Both the position numbers and the translations under genes were made by a program. Shown piece by piece: positions 27,085 to 40,476 of a stretch of 64,000 nt of DNA (its first letter is position 1; each line of letters opens with the position of its first letter). The stretch comes from Eledone cirrhosa (Eukaryota), in NCBI GenBank assembly GCA_964016885.1, contig OZ024752.1:35092001-35156000 (forward strand). Reading direction: 5' to 3'. The notes under the pieces were generated by a model that ran no database searches, had not been told where the DNA came from, and saw nothing but the letters and a program-made list of their open reading frames with translations.

Positions 27085-29590
27085 TTTTACAGAATGTCTT
27101 ATCTTGTTATCTTTGAAATGTCCGAGAAACGCTCTCTACGACTCTATAAGGAGTTAAGGGACCATACACACATTCACATGGAGAGGGATGAGCTCCGTCA
27201 GGCTTGAAATGTCCGAGAAACGCTCTCTACGACTCTATCAGGAGTTAAGGGACCATACACACATTCACATGGAGAGGGATGAGCTCCGCCAGGCTTGAAA
27301 TGTCCGAGAAACGCTCTATATCAATACGGGGTCTCTACGACTCTATCAGGAGTTAAGGGACCATACACACATTCACATGGAGAGGGATGAGCTCCGCCAG
27401 GCTTGAAATGTCCGAGAAACGCTCTTAACGACTCTATCAGGAGTTAAGGGACCATACACACATTCACATGGAGAGGGATGAGCTCCGCCAGGCTTTTTAC
27501 AGAATGTCTTATCTTGTTATCTTTTGATTGTGTTAAATTTGGTAGCTAAATGTTTTTGGAGCAGGAGAAAGGAGATAATCGAAGTGAGTTTTGCCTTTCA
27601 TCCTTACGGGGTCGATAAAATAAAGTACCAATAACGCACTGGGGTCAATTTAATCGATTTTTCCCTCCTCTTCAAATTGCTGGCCTTGTGCCTAAAGTAG
27701 AAATAATTATTATCATAATAGACAGTGGATTGTCAATATTAGTAAGACGTCGGGCAACATGCTTTCAGCATAGAGTTACGACCCTTTACTTTCTGAGTTC
27801 CAATTCCGCCGTGGTTAGCTTTGCCTGTCAGTCTTACATGGTCGATAAATAAAGCACCAGTAATGTACTAGGGTCAATTTAATCGACTGACCCCTTACCC
27901 CCACAATTGTTGGCCTTGTGTCATTATTATTATCATTGCTCTGTTGTTGTTATCGTCGCCATGATGATTATGATTTTTGTAGCGCTTTCATTTTGTTTCC
28001 GAATATTTTAAAAGTAATTTCCTGTTTTTTTATTTGGAGATATTTTCCTTTAAAGATTTGTTGGTTGTATTGTCTATCTTTCAATGGAAGAAATCTGCTG
28101 TAATAAGGCCTGGAGAGGGATGGGCTGTATATCAAAATGGCGTCTCTACGACTCTATAAGGAGTTAAGGGACCATACACACATTCACATGGAGAGGGATG
28201 AGCTCCGTCAGGCTTGAAATGTCCGAGAAACGCTCTCTACGACTCTATCAGGAGTTAAGGGACCATACACACATTCACATGGAGAGGGATGAGCTCCGCC
28301 AGGCTTGAAATGTCCGAGAAACGCTCTATATCAATACGGGGTCTCTACGACTCTATCAGGAGTTAAGGGACCATACACACATTCACATGGAGAGGGATGA
28401 GCTCCGCCAGGCTTGAAATGTCCGAGAAACGCTCTCTACGACTCTATCAGGAGTTAAGGGACCATACACACATTCACATGGAGAGGGATGAGCTCCGCCA
28501 GGCTTTTTACAGAATGTCTTATCTTGTTATCTTTTGATTGTGTTAAATTTGGTAGCTAAATGTTTTTGGAGCAGGAGAAAGGAGATAATCGAAGTGAGTT
28601 TTGCCTTTCATCCTTACGGGGTCGATAAAATAAAGTACCAATAACGCACTGGGGTCAATTTAATCGATTTTTCCCTCCTCTTCAAATTGCTGGCCTTGTG
28701 CCTAAAGTAGAAATAATTATTATCATAATAGACAGTGGATTGTCAATATTAGTAAGACGTCGGGCAACATGCTTTCAGCATAGAGTTACGACCCTTTACT
28801 TTCTGAGTTCCAATTCCGCCGTGGTTAGCTTTGCCTGTCAGTCTTACATGGTCGATAAATAAAGCACCAGTAATGTACTAGGGTCAATTTAATCGACTGA
28901 CCCCTTACCCCCACAATTGTTGGCCTTGTGTCATTATTATTATCATTGCTCTGTTGTTGTTATCGTCGCCATGATGATTATGATTTTTGTAGCGCTTTCA
29001 TTTTGTTTCCGAATATTTTAAAAGTAATTTCCTGTTTTTTTATTTGGAGATATTTTCCTTTAAAGATTTGTTGGTTGTATTGTCTATCTTTCAATGGAAG
29101 AAATCTGCTGTAATAAGGCCTGGAGAGGGATGGGCTGTATATCAAAATGGCGTCTCTACGACTCTATAAGGAGTTAAGGGACCATACACACATTCACATG
29201 GAGAGGGATGAGCTCCGTCAGGCTTGAAATGTCCGAGAAACGCTCTCTACGACTCTATCAGGAGTTAAGGGACCATACACACATTCACATGGAGAGAGAT
29301 GAGCTCCGTCAGGCTTGAAATGTCCGTGAAACGCTCTATATCAATACGGGGTCTCTACGACTCTATCAGGAGTTAAGGGACCATACACACATTCACATGG
29401 AGAGGGATGAGCTCCGCCAGGCTTGAAATGTCCGAGAAACGCTCTCTACGACTCTATCAGGATTTAAGGGACCATACACACATTCACATGGAGAGGGATG
29501 AGCTCCGCCAGGCTTAAAATGCCCGAGAAATGCTGTATATCAAAATGGCGTCTCTACGACTCTATCAGGAGTTAAGGGACCATACATACA
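27085..29590 (+). repeat. 1010-bp near-identical tandem duplication (~2.4 copies) containing 91/110-bp subrepeats derived from the composite-SINE tail
   Basis: Identical ORFs at 27918 and 28928; repeated GGAGAGGGATGAGCTCCG...TACGACTCTATCAGGAGTTAAGGGACCATAC. Confidence 0.9.
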
Positions 29591-29994
29591 TACAATACAT
29601 TGTCAAGTGAAGAAGAAAACATTGTTCTGAAGACAATGGAATGCTTTGTAAGCCCTGAAATATCATAAAGAAATAATTAAACAGCAACACATTCATGTAA
29701 TAGTACAGACCAATTAGGGAGCCTCATAGTGATCCCTCGAGTTGTTTGTAATACCAACCAAATGGCCCTCAAACTAAACCTATCTGTCTTAAATAAAGGA
29801 CACTTTCAACAACACTGTCCAACATAAGTCTAAAACGATGGGATGGTTACGGCCGGAATGTCTTTCATCGTAGGTCTTCTCGATCAGAGTTAACTTGAGG
29901 TTTAACAACAATACCATATAGAGTAAATCCCATATTTATAGGGCACTGCTGAAGTCTTTGTGTAGTATATCTAAAATAAATTAACCTGATAGAC

Positions 29995-30673
29995 CAGTGG
30001 TTGCCGACCGGTGGTCCGAGGCAAAATGTTTATGTTTTATTAATAATAAAACAAAATAATAGGGCGGTGGATTGGCAGTATCGGTAGAGGGTCGGACGCC
30101 ATGCTTTCCAGCATAGTTACGTCCCTTTACGATCTGAGTTCAAATCCCGCCGAGGTTGACTTTGCCTTTCATCCTTACGGGGGTCGATAAAATAAAGTAC
30201 CAGTAATGCACTGGGTAATTGCTGGCCTTGTGCCTAAAGTAGAAACAATTAATAATAAAACAAAAATAATTGTTTCTACTTTAGGCACAAGGCCAGCAAT
30301 TATCCAGTGCATTACTGGTACTTTATTTTATCGACCCCGTAAGGATGAAAGGCAAAGTCAACCTCGGCGGGATTTGAACTCAGATCGTAAAGGGACGTAA
30401 CTATGCTGGAAAATATGGCGTCCGACCCTCTACCGATACTGCCAATCCACCAAAAATAATATTCGGTTAAAATACATTTTATAGACCCGCCCGCCCCCCA
30501 AAGAACTAATATCCATGAAAGAATTTTACACATATGTATCATCTATCGACAATATGACACACGTACGCTTCAGTTTTGTTTCAACCATTGACCATTAATT
30601 CATATTAGTGATCCACAGGAATTAAAATTATGAATTTTGTGGTCCGTGAGGTCCGAAGGGTTGGCGACCACTG
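29995..30673 (+). mobile_element. hAT (Charlie/Buster-like) MITE carrying two nested inverted SINEs (30061-30250 +, 30265-30451 -)
   Basis: CAGTGGTTGCCGACC ... GGTTGGCGACCACTG; same family as 46071. Confidence 0.85.
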
Positions 30674-31621
30674 TTTTAGACCATCCTTCTCCAATTTGTA
30701 CTCACTATGGAGCTGTACCCTAACTACTAACCAGGTTTAATTGACCTGATTACAATAGAATCTTTGATGATTAGTTCAGCCCCTCACATTTCAAACCTTG
30801 CTACAGTCGATGAAATAAAAACCCGCGAGGTTAAACTCCCAGCATAGCTGGTACTAATTTTTCAGCTGAGTATACTGGAGCATCATAAAATGAAGTGTTT
30901 TGCTCAAGAACACAAACCGGGTCAGAACTCGAACCTACGAGATTATGATCGTAAGTCGACCACACCCTTACCCTTGGCTACGCACTTCCAGTCTAATCAT
31001 ACAAGAAACTTATTAAATATATGAAAAACAGAGTTCGAGTAAAGAGGTGGTGTTCTGGGTTGGTGAAAATCATGAATTTATGTAAGTTCATATGCCGTAG
31101 GGAGAAGAGAAAGCTGACATTTTTCTCTTCGTCTCGGAGGATGTGACAAAGACGAAACATTAAAATTCTTCTACCCTCAAGGGCATACGGACTTACCTAA
31201 ACATACAAACTTCATAACTAAATATGTAGGGAAAAGGACAGAATTATTAGAGCCTCGTCCCATAAAATACTTTGCTTTATTTGCTTTGATTATTTACTTT
31301 CTTGGTTTAAATCCTGCCGGGGTTAACTTTGTCTTACATGCTTCAAGGTTCGGGTTCGATAAAATAAAGGACCAGTAAATTATATATCCATCCATCTATA
31401 GGGTCTAAAATTCTGGCGGTGTTCATCCCACTCCAGGTTGAACACAGCTGATTTTTACCTGATAAAGAGAGATAGACGAAGAATTGATGGCAGTTCTGGA
31501 CCGGTACTTTATTTATCGACCCAGAAAGGATGAAAGACAAAGTTGACCTCGGAATACTTCAAGCATCCTATCCGACCTTCTAACGACTCTGTCACTTCAC
31601 CGCCTATATATATATATATAG

Positions 31622-32103
31622 CTGCCAGATGGTTGAACGTTCGAAAGTATATACTTTCCTTATGAAAATTAACGGCTGAGCAGCCTAATTTGCATATCGA
31701 GTGAGTTCAGTCGGCCAGGCGCACCTAAAACGATAAGTAAGTGCCGTACTAAGAGTGAGAAATGAAATTTCGTTTCATTCTATTCCATTTATTGTTTTCG
31801 GTGCGCCTGGCCGACTGAACTCACTCGATATGCAAATTAGGCTGCTCAGCCGTTAATTTTCATAAGGAAAGTATATACTTTCGAACGTTCAACCATCTGG
31901 CAGAAAGGTATACGGTGCTGACGATAGCTAACAAGCTTGAAACTAGTACATCGTTCCTGTGTCAGTGTTGAACAAAAAGGTGACGTGGTTGCCTGAACAC
32001 TGTACGGCGTAAATCAGGCTGTCCGTTTGTTTACAAACGAACAAAGCGAACATTATAATAAATGTTCGGTAAACTGATACGTGCATATATATATGTGTGC
32101 CTG

Positions 32104-32138
<35 letters not shown>

Positions 32139-32241
32139 GCTACTGTACGTCTGTATACATATATGTATGTACGTATACATACATACTTACATTTAAGTAA
32201 GTGCCGTACTAAGAGTGAGAAATGAAATTTTGTTTCATTCT

Positions 32242-32246
<5 letters not shown>
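31622..32246 (+). mobile_element. Penelope-like pLTR remnant: 104-bp perfect inverted copy, pLTR and short direct repeat
   Basis: 31622-31725 is the reverse complement of 31800-31903; 31734-31785 is repeated at 32194-32246; second copy at 49972-50410. Confidence 0.75.
31912..31954 (+). ncRNA. Minimal type I hammerhead motif
   Basis: ACGGTG-CTGACGA-TAGCT(AACA)AGCTT-GAAA-CTAG-TA-CATCGT. Confidence 0.7.
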
Positions 32247-32283
<37 letters not shown>

Positions 32284-32915
32284 ATAAAACAAGGACGAGT
32301 GGTTTTTTCCGCATTTAATGCGGAAAAACCCACTTTTTTTTTTCATTTTTACTATTTGTTTATATATATATATCAACTCGTGAGTCACTTTTCTACATTC
32401 CATATATACATATCAAATATCGGGAGCAATGTGAAATAAAGTGTTTTTTCTCAAGAACAACACAACGCAGCATCCTGTCCAGGAATCGAACCAACGACAT
32501 TACGATCATACATCAATCATATTTACCACTAGGCCATACGACTTCACTTGAATGAGAAGTTATTTCATACTAAGTTACGTCATAGCCATCACACTAGAAA
32601 TAATACAAATGTAGTATCGTATTCAACAATAATAAAAAATCTATAAAATTCTTAAAATTCCAACAATATTTACATATTTCGGTCTTAACTGGCCCTCCTC
32701 ATTAGTAATGACAAAAATCAAGATTATTTATACGAACCATGGTAGGTACAGTTTTTGTTGTTATTTTTATTATTTTTATTATTAGAAAGACAGTGAAAAA
32801 TTATGACAATAGAGAATGGTAAAGAATGTAATCACAGAATCTTTTTTTTTTCGTTTTCTCAAATCATATATAAATATATGTGTGTGTGTGTATGTATGTG
32901 TGTGTTTGTGTGTGC

Positions 32916-32965
<50 letters not shown>

Positions 32966-33379
32966 GAATAATCGAGTATCGAAAAATCGGCGCACGAGTT
33001 CACGATAAACAAAATTCGAGATGAGCGACAGAGGGCTCCATAATTCAAATAAATCAGAGCTATAACTATCGTTAAAATACCGTCACACGTAGAATATGTC
33101 TACAATCAACCAAACAACCGAAAAATTGCGATATGGAAGATTCGGGACACTCAGATAAATTATCAATAAATCAATAAATCAAATGAATGTAAAAAGCATA
33201 CAGTTAGGGAAGAACACATCGATCGTTTGCTTTGCTTTGAACTGTTTTCGGTTTATATTTGAAAAGAGATTGATATCCCTGAAATATCATGTTGAAATAT
33301 ATCGAGTAAAACATTACTTTAGCTCGTTATATATTTCTAGCGCATTGTACCCACTTTCTGAAACTTATCAGTCATTTAT

Positions 33380-33494
<115 letters not shown>

Positions 33495-34023
33495 TATTTG
33501 AAATGTGGGCGTCAAAAAGCAGATAGTCCTAATAATAATCGACCAATATATATAGTAGAGAAAATTGCGCAAAGTATCCCACTGCCCGCTTTTTTGCCCT
33601 ATCCATGAGTACTTTATCCGTTTTTCTCAACTGTTATTTATAGTGTTCGACTATTGATATGGTCATTTACGTTGGGACATCCACATTTTAAATTTCATAA
33701 TTTTTCCCAATGCTTTCTAAGTCAACCGCCTCATATATTTAAAAATAAAATATTATATACATTCATACTTATATACTCGAGTATACACTCGTACATATTC
33801 TTGAAACCAACAATAAATAAAAAAATCAATTTTACATAATGTATCGGTTTCTTAAATTGTCTGTTTTTGATTCACAAAAAAAAGTGTCTTATGTGGATGT
33901 GTGATAGTCATGCCTTTCCTTTTCCCATAGATATTTAGTGATGTAAATGAACTGGAATGGATATATCAAAGAATTGAAACCAAATTGTGGAATTAATCGG
34001 TTTGCCGAGAGCTTACCTCTGTG

Positions 34024-34175
34024 TTAATTAAAGAGACTAGCTTTCTCGTGTGTACATATTGCATGATCATGTAAGTTCTGTTCATCAGTATTCGAAGAAG
34101 AACTATATCGTTGATAAGAGATCACTGAGAGAGGCTGCATGTCAATGTTGTCATCTTTAGAGAGTTCTCGACTCG
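34024..34175 (-). CDS. Gene B exon 4: cytoplasmic tail (T)SRELSKDDNIDMQPLSVISYQRYSSSSNTDEQNLHDHAICTHEKASLFN*
   Basis: tttcttcttcag acceptor; only phase 1 is open, matching exon 3; a further donor GAG|gtaagc at 34017. Confidence 0.7.
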
Positions 34176-34647
34176 CTGAAGAAGAAATTTATTATTTACA
34201 TAATTGAATGTAATATAGCAAAAAAAAAACAAAAAAAAACAAAAAAAAAAAACATAGACATTTATTCTACAGACATCTCTTAATATAATTATAATAATTA
34301 TTTTAAAATTAAATCTGCCAGCCAAACAACAACTCTTCTCAGATTGCCCTTTGAACATCTACACACTGATCCTCTCTTGATAAAGGGTTTTTAAACCCCA
34401 AAATATTTGAGATAAATTTGCTAAGGTAAAATTCTATCGTCCTCATTCTTTCCTCTATAACTCCTATTACCTTGGCACTTTTAATCTTGTATGCATTGTA
34501 AGGCTTTCAAATATTTAAACTTATTTAAATTTGTATTTCCTATTCCACAATGCTTCAAGCAAACTACAACACTCTGTTATTATTAATTACCTTTATTTTT
34601 TTATTTTTTGATAAAAATAATAATTGTTTCTACTTTAGGCACAAGGC

Positions 34648-34684
<37 letters not shown>

Positions 34685-34767
34685 CCAGTTCACAACGATG
34701 ACTTTAGGCAATTAATCGTGTTTCGTTGATCTAATCAACTTTTCCCTCCCCCCAAAACTGCTGGCCT

Positions 34768-34957
34768 TGTAAGATGGTAATATGGACGTAAACAAGAGAA
34801 GAAACCCTTCATCAGCTGTTAACTGCGGATCATAGATGTTTCGGCGCTTAAAACAGGACATCGAAATCTATCAGCAGCGTCCGAAACATCTATGATCCAC
34901 AGTTAACAGCTGACGAAGGGTTTCTTCTCTTGTTTACGTCCATATTACCATCTTACA
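34768..34957. repeat. Inverted repeat, 77-bp arms
   Basis: 34768-34844 vs 34881-34957. Confidence 0.9.
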
Positions 34958-34996
34958 CTTTGTTTACAGTAACCACACAGCCTGCTTCGTTTCTTG

Positions 34997-35043
<47 letters not shown>

Positions 35044-35197
35044 TTTGTCGCATCACCAGTCTGAGGAGCAGATCGATACCATAGTCGGGTCCATAACTAC
35101 TATGGGTCACATTGAGCAAATCCTCTGCAAAACGTGCGTAACAGGTCGATACGCAATAAATATTTTTCATACGTAAATGAAACTTCCTCGTCTTTTC

Positions 35198-35413
<216 letters not shown>

Positions 35414-35744
35414 GTATATATGTATATATATATATATGTATATATGTATATATATATATATGTATATATATATAAAATTTTATTTATATATATATATGTA
35501 TATATATTAAAATTTTATTTATATATATATATGTATATATATTAAAATTTTATTTATTTATTTATTTATTTTTCCTTCCAAGAGGAAAACAAAGAGAGAA
35601 CCCTGCCCCTCCACCAAATTATTTAACTGCCCCTCCCCTGCTGCCTTTTTTTTTCTTTTTTTTTTTCAAATTTCAAAAGTGGGTTGGGTTTGTGGGTGTG
35701 GTAGTTGTTTCAAAAATTCATACTAAGAAACCTCAGAACACACA

Positions 35745-35822
<78 letters not shown>

Positions 35823-35897
35823 ATGGAAAATTTGAACAGGAACAAAACAGAGAGGCAGTACAACGAATGTTTATTAATTTCACGCTCTGGAGAGTGG

Positions 35898-36103
<206 letters not shown>

Positions 36104-36104
36104 T

Positions 36105-36829
36105 ATTACACAGAGAGAAGTGTGTTACACAGTGAGATGTGTGTAAAGAATTATTACATGTGGGTTTAACCGTTACTGTATGGAAAACAACACCTACAGG
36201 TCAGCAATTAGATAGAAAGAACACTAAGTCAGAATCAAATCTCCGAAGTAGAGTTTTAAATTACTAACCTTATAACTATAAGCTTGCTGATACGAATCTA
36301 TTTCGTTTCGCCACTGAAATGTGTAGCGTACAAAACCACAGGCTCCTCAGTCAGCAAGTGTGGAATTGCTCGTCACACATCTAGCCTAATGGAAAGAGAG
36401 AACGCAAATATGCACGCTGCCCAGAGCAGGGCGAAAACAGGTGTTATTTGCATCAAATAACGGCCCTCATGAATTGGGGGAAATGCTAGAGAGAGCAGCC
36501 CAACCATTCGAATTTATTAGCTCAACAATTTGGAGCTCGTTAATTATACATACCAGTAATGCACTGGGTATTTGCTGGCCTTGTGCCTAAAGTAGAAACA
36601 GTTAATTATACAAGAATCGGAATTAGAGTATTCCGCAGTTCACAATAATGTGTTTTCCATACAGTAACGGTTAAACCCACATATAATAATTCTTTACACA
36701 CATCTCACTGTGTAACACACTTCTCTGTGTGTAATATATTTGTATTTGAGCTCAGTTGAAAATTCTCTGTTCTTCTTTGAGCTAATATTATAATTACTGT
36801 GAACTGCGGAATACTCTAGTTCCGATTCT

Positions 36830-36835
<6 letters not shown>
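36105..36835. mobile_element. Penelope-like remnant with nested inverted repeats between (TA)n tracts
   Basis: 36105-36189 vs 36651-36735; 36608-36648 vs 36793-36833. Confidence 0.7.
36283..36358 (-). ncRNA. Canonical type I hammerhead ribozyme
   Basis: Minus strand reads CTTGCTGA-CTGAGGA-GCC...GGC-GAAA-CGAA(ATAGA)TTCG-TA-TCAGCAAG; all core bases present, 8-bp perfect stem I. Confidence 0.85.
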
Positions 36836-36921
<86 letters not shown>

Positions 36922-37013
36922 TGTAATAAACAACATAAGGCAATTATTTCATTAAGCTCTGTTACCTACATAGAGCACTCTTTTTTCCTGGACTTTTCCG
37001 ACGGAATTACTTC

Positions 37014-37059
<46 letters not shown>

Positions 37060-37084
37060 AAATATATATATATATATATATATA

Positions 37085-37204
37085 TTTTAATAAGATGAGA
37101 TTCTACAGGACTAGAACTGTTTCATTCTTTAGAAATCATCAGATTCCTGATGATTTCTAAAGAATGAAACAGTTCTAGTGCTGTAGAATCTCATCTTATT
37201 AAAA
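37085..37204. repeat. Palindrome (58-bp arms) centred on a truncated hammerhead core
   Basis: ...TCATCAG ATTC CTGATGA-TTTCTAAAGAAT-GAAAC... Confidence 0.8.
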
Positions 37205-37485
37205 CTTTTATACTCTGCAATGTATTGAGTACCTTACTTACTGTGGTTACCTCCGATTCAACCCGGAATAACGTACCGTATATATATATATATATATATA
37301 TGTGTGATGAAATATATATATATATATATATATATGATGAAATAGATATAGTGTAAGTGAGCATCATACAACTAGCAATATATATTTGTAAATACACATC
37401 CGTAATGTAATGTTTAGTTATATAAACATACATTATATGTACGAACAAGCAAATTCACCTCTTTGTCATATTATATTACATTACA

Positions 37486-38090
37486 GGGCGGTGGATTGGC
37501 AGTATTGGTAGAGAGTCGGACGCCATGCTTTGACGCATAGAGTTACGGCCCTTGCTATTCTGAGTTCAAATCCCGCCGAGGTTAACTTTGCCTTTCATCC
37601 TCATCGGGTCGATAAAATAAAGTACCAGTAATACACTGGGTAATTGCTGGCCTTGTGCCTAACGTAGAAACAATTATATTACATTGAGAACGGTGCGGTG
37701 GATTGGCAGTATCGGTAGAGTGTCGGACACCATGCTTTGCAGCATAGAGTTATGGCCCTTTACGTTCTGAGTTCAAATCCCGCCGAGGTTAACTTTGCTT
37801 TTCACCCTTACGGGGTCGATAAAATAAAGTACCAGTAATACACTGGGTAATTGCTGGCCTTGTGCCTAACGTAGAAACAATTATATTACATTGAGAACGG
37901 TGCGGTGGATTGGCAGTATCGCTAGAGTGTCGGACACCATGCTTTGCAGCATAGAGTAATGGCCCTTTACGTTCTGAGTTCAAATCCCGCCGAGGTTAAC
38001 TTTGCTTTTCACCCTTACGGGGTCGATGAAATAAAGCGCCAGTAATGCACTGGGGTAATTGCTGGCCTTGTGCCTAAAGTAGAAACAATT
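37486..38090 (+). mobile_element. Three tandem main-family SINEs
   Basis: Family consensus repeated at ~209-bp period. Confidence 0.9.
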
Positions 38091-38309
38091 ACATTACATT
38101 GAGATAGAACTAAAGAGTTAAAGATACGTGTTCACATTTGATTGCAGTGCAAATCAGATCTGGCTAGCAACGGAAGAATCATTTTTCATTCAGTCTCATT
38201 TTGCTTCTAAAGAACAATGTGCAATCAAAGTATATTAGTACTTTGAAAATGAGACTTTATTTCGATCACAAAAGATTTAGTAAGAAATAATCTAACATAT
38301 GAAAGCAAT

Positions 38310-38655
38310 GAATTGTTAGAATCATTAGAACGACGGATAGAATGCTTTGCAGTATTCGTTTCGGATCTCGGATCTCGGAGTTCAAATCTTGTCGAGGGTC
38401 AACTTTGCCTTTCATTCATTTAAGGTAGATAAAAAAAAAAGTACCAGTCTAGTATTGGGGGGTCGATTCTTTCTCCTATATCTATTTCTCACTTCTACTC
38501 TTTCTCACTCACTTTCCTTCTCTTGAAAAAATCTGCTGAGTTCAGACCTGGAGAGGAAATGGATTCCGGCATGCTTAACATACCCAAGAAACGCCGTATG
38601 CTTCTACGGAGCCCCTACGACTCCATTAGGAGATACTGGTGGACTATATCATACC
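38310..38655 (+). mobile_element. Composite SINE, degenerate
   Basis: Same head/body/tail as 9833. Confidence 0.7.
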
Positions 38656-38722
38656 AATATTACGTATGTTCTATTTCTCTGAGAGAAAAAAGAACCCCAA
38701 AATTCATAAACTATGAACTCAC

Positions 38723-38904
38723 TTATGGAAATGGTTCTGTCGTGGTGTGCATCCTCTTCGACAGTCACAACTTGTACTTCGTTTATTCGACGGAGAGCCA
38801 CAAGACAACGAAATATAACCACTAAAAATACACCTCCAACTATGACACCAACCACAGCACCGGCAATCTTGTAACCATATTCATATTGGGCTTCAAGAAG
38901 AAAG
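38723..38904 (-). CDS. Gene B exon 3: TM exon FLLEAQYEYGYKIAGAVVGVIVGGVFLVVIFRCLVALRR...
   Basis: ttttag acceptor, TAA|gtgagt donor, 182 nt (phase 2 in, 1 out); TM helix followed by RR. Confidence 0.85.
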
Positions 38905-39034
38905 CTAAAATATTTAGAAGAAGAAAAATATCAATGTTATCATTAGATTGGGACAAAAGCGGGCAACGTAGTCTGAGGATTAACAATTGAATATAAACAC
39001 AAATAAACGACACATGAATATAGGACATATACGT

Positions 39035-39134
<100 letters not shown>

Positions 39135-39148
39135 TTATATATATATAT

Positions 39149-39187
<39 letters not shown>

Positions 39188-39267
39188 AGTATTGAAGTTT
39201 TCGTTGAAAAATGAAAAAGTCATAGGAGTGAAGAGTGCTCTATGTAAGTACCAGAGCAAAATTATAT

Positions 39268-39308
<41 letters not shown>

Positions 39309-39317
39309 AATACATAA

Positions 39318-39380
<63 letters not shown>

Positions 39381-39531
39381 AGTAAGTACAGAATTAGCCG
39401 TCGAAACGGCTTGAGCTCAGCCGTCGGGGTCTTACTTACTCCTATTACCCACTCTACTACCCTAAGTATTGAGTACTTTGGTGCGTTATGGTCCACCTGG
39501 TTCCTTACCACTTTTCCCTTGCTATATATAC

Positions 39532-39582
<51 letters not shown>

Positions 39583-39656
39583 TATTGAAGTTTCCGTTGA
39601 AAAATGAAAAAGTCATAGGAGTGAAGAGTGCTCTATGTAAGTAGCAGAGCAAAATT

Positions 39657-40226
39657 TAATGTATAATAAACAATACAATATAATTACCTCATTACCAGAG
39701 GTTTCCCGAATAAGACGAATACGAAAAACGTCCTCATTCGTTCGTCGGACAAGGCAATTTAAAACATAGTGAAATATTTGAAAAGTCTCCTCAAGAAAGG
39801 CAAGAGTTTAACGGGCAAAAAATATATAAATAAAAGTAATGCAAGAGATATATAAAAAAAGAGATATATAAAAATATAAGAAAATATAGTTAGGGTACTT
39901 ACGCACACACTTTCACCATACACATGAATTTGTACATACACACATATGTACATTTGTGAGTGTATATACATAGATATAAACATACCCTAACTATATTTTC
40001 TTATATTTTTATATATCTCTTTTTTTTTTATATATCTCTTGCATTACTTTTATTTATATATTCTTTGCCCGTTAAACTCTTGCCTTTCTTGAGGAGACTT
40101 TTCAAATATTTCACTATGTTTTAAATTGCCTTGTCCGACGAACGAATGAGGACGTTTTTCGTATTCGTCTTATTCGGGAAACCTCTGGTAATGAGGTAAT
40201 TATATTGTATTGTTTATTATACATTA
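39657..40226. repeat. Inverted repeat, ~241-bp arms, each with a hammerhead variant (40124-40201 +, 39682-39759 -)
   Basis: AATTGCCTTGT-CCGACGA-ACGAATGAGGACG...CGTCTTATTCGG-GAAA-CC(TCT)GG-TA-ATGAGGTAATT. Confidence 0.85.
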
Positions 40227-40241
40227 TATATATATATATAT

Positions 40242-40290
<49 letters not shown>

Positions 40291-40295
<5 letters not shown>

Positions 40296-40444
40296 TGAAG
40301 TTGGAAATAGCATGGAAAATATATTTAAGGGTATGTTTTTCTTTTTTTATCCTTTCTTAATAATGTCACTTTGACGAATCAAAGAAAGGATAAAAAAAGA
40401 AAAACAGACCCTTAAATATATTTTCCGTGCTATTTCCAACTTCA

Positions 40445-40449
<5 letters not shown>
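40291..40449. repeat. Palindrome (~70-bp arms) extended by flanking (GA)n/(TC)n
   Basis: GAAAGTGAAGTTGGAAATAGCA...TGCTATTTCCAACTTCACTTTC. Confidence 0.85.

Positions 40450-40476
<27 letters not shown>

Noticed and set aside
34861-34925. Type II hammerhead (GAAA...CTGACGA) in the 77-bp inverted repeat
   Set aside because: Stem I and stem III do not pair convincingly by eye
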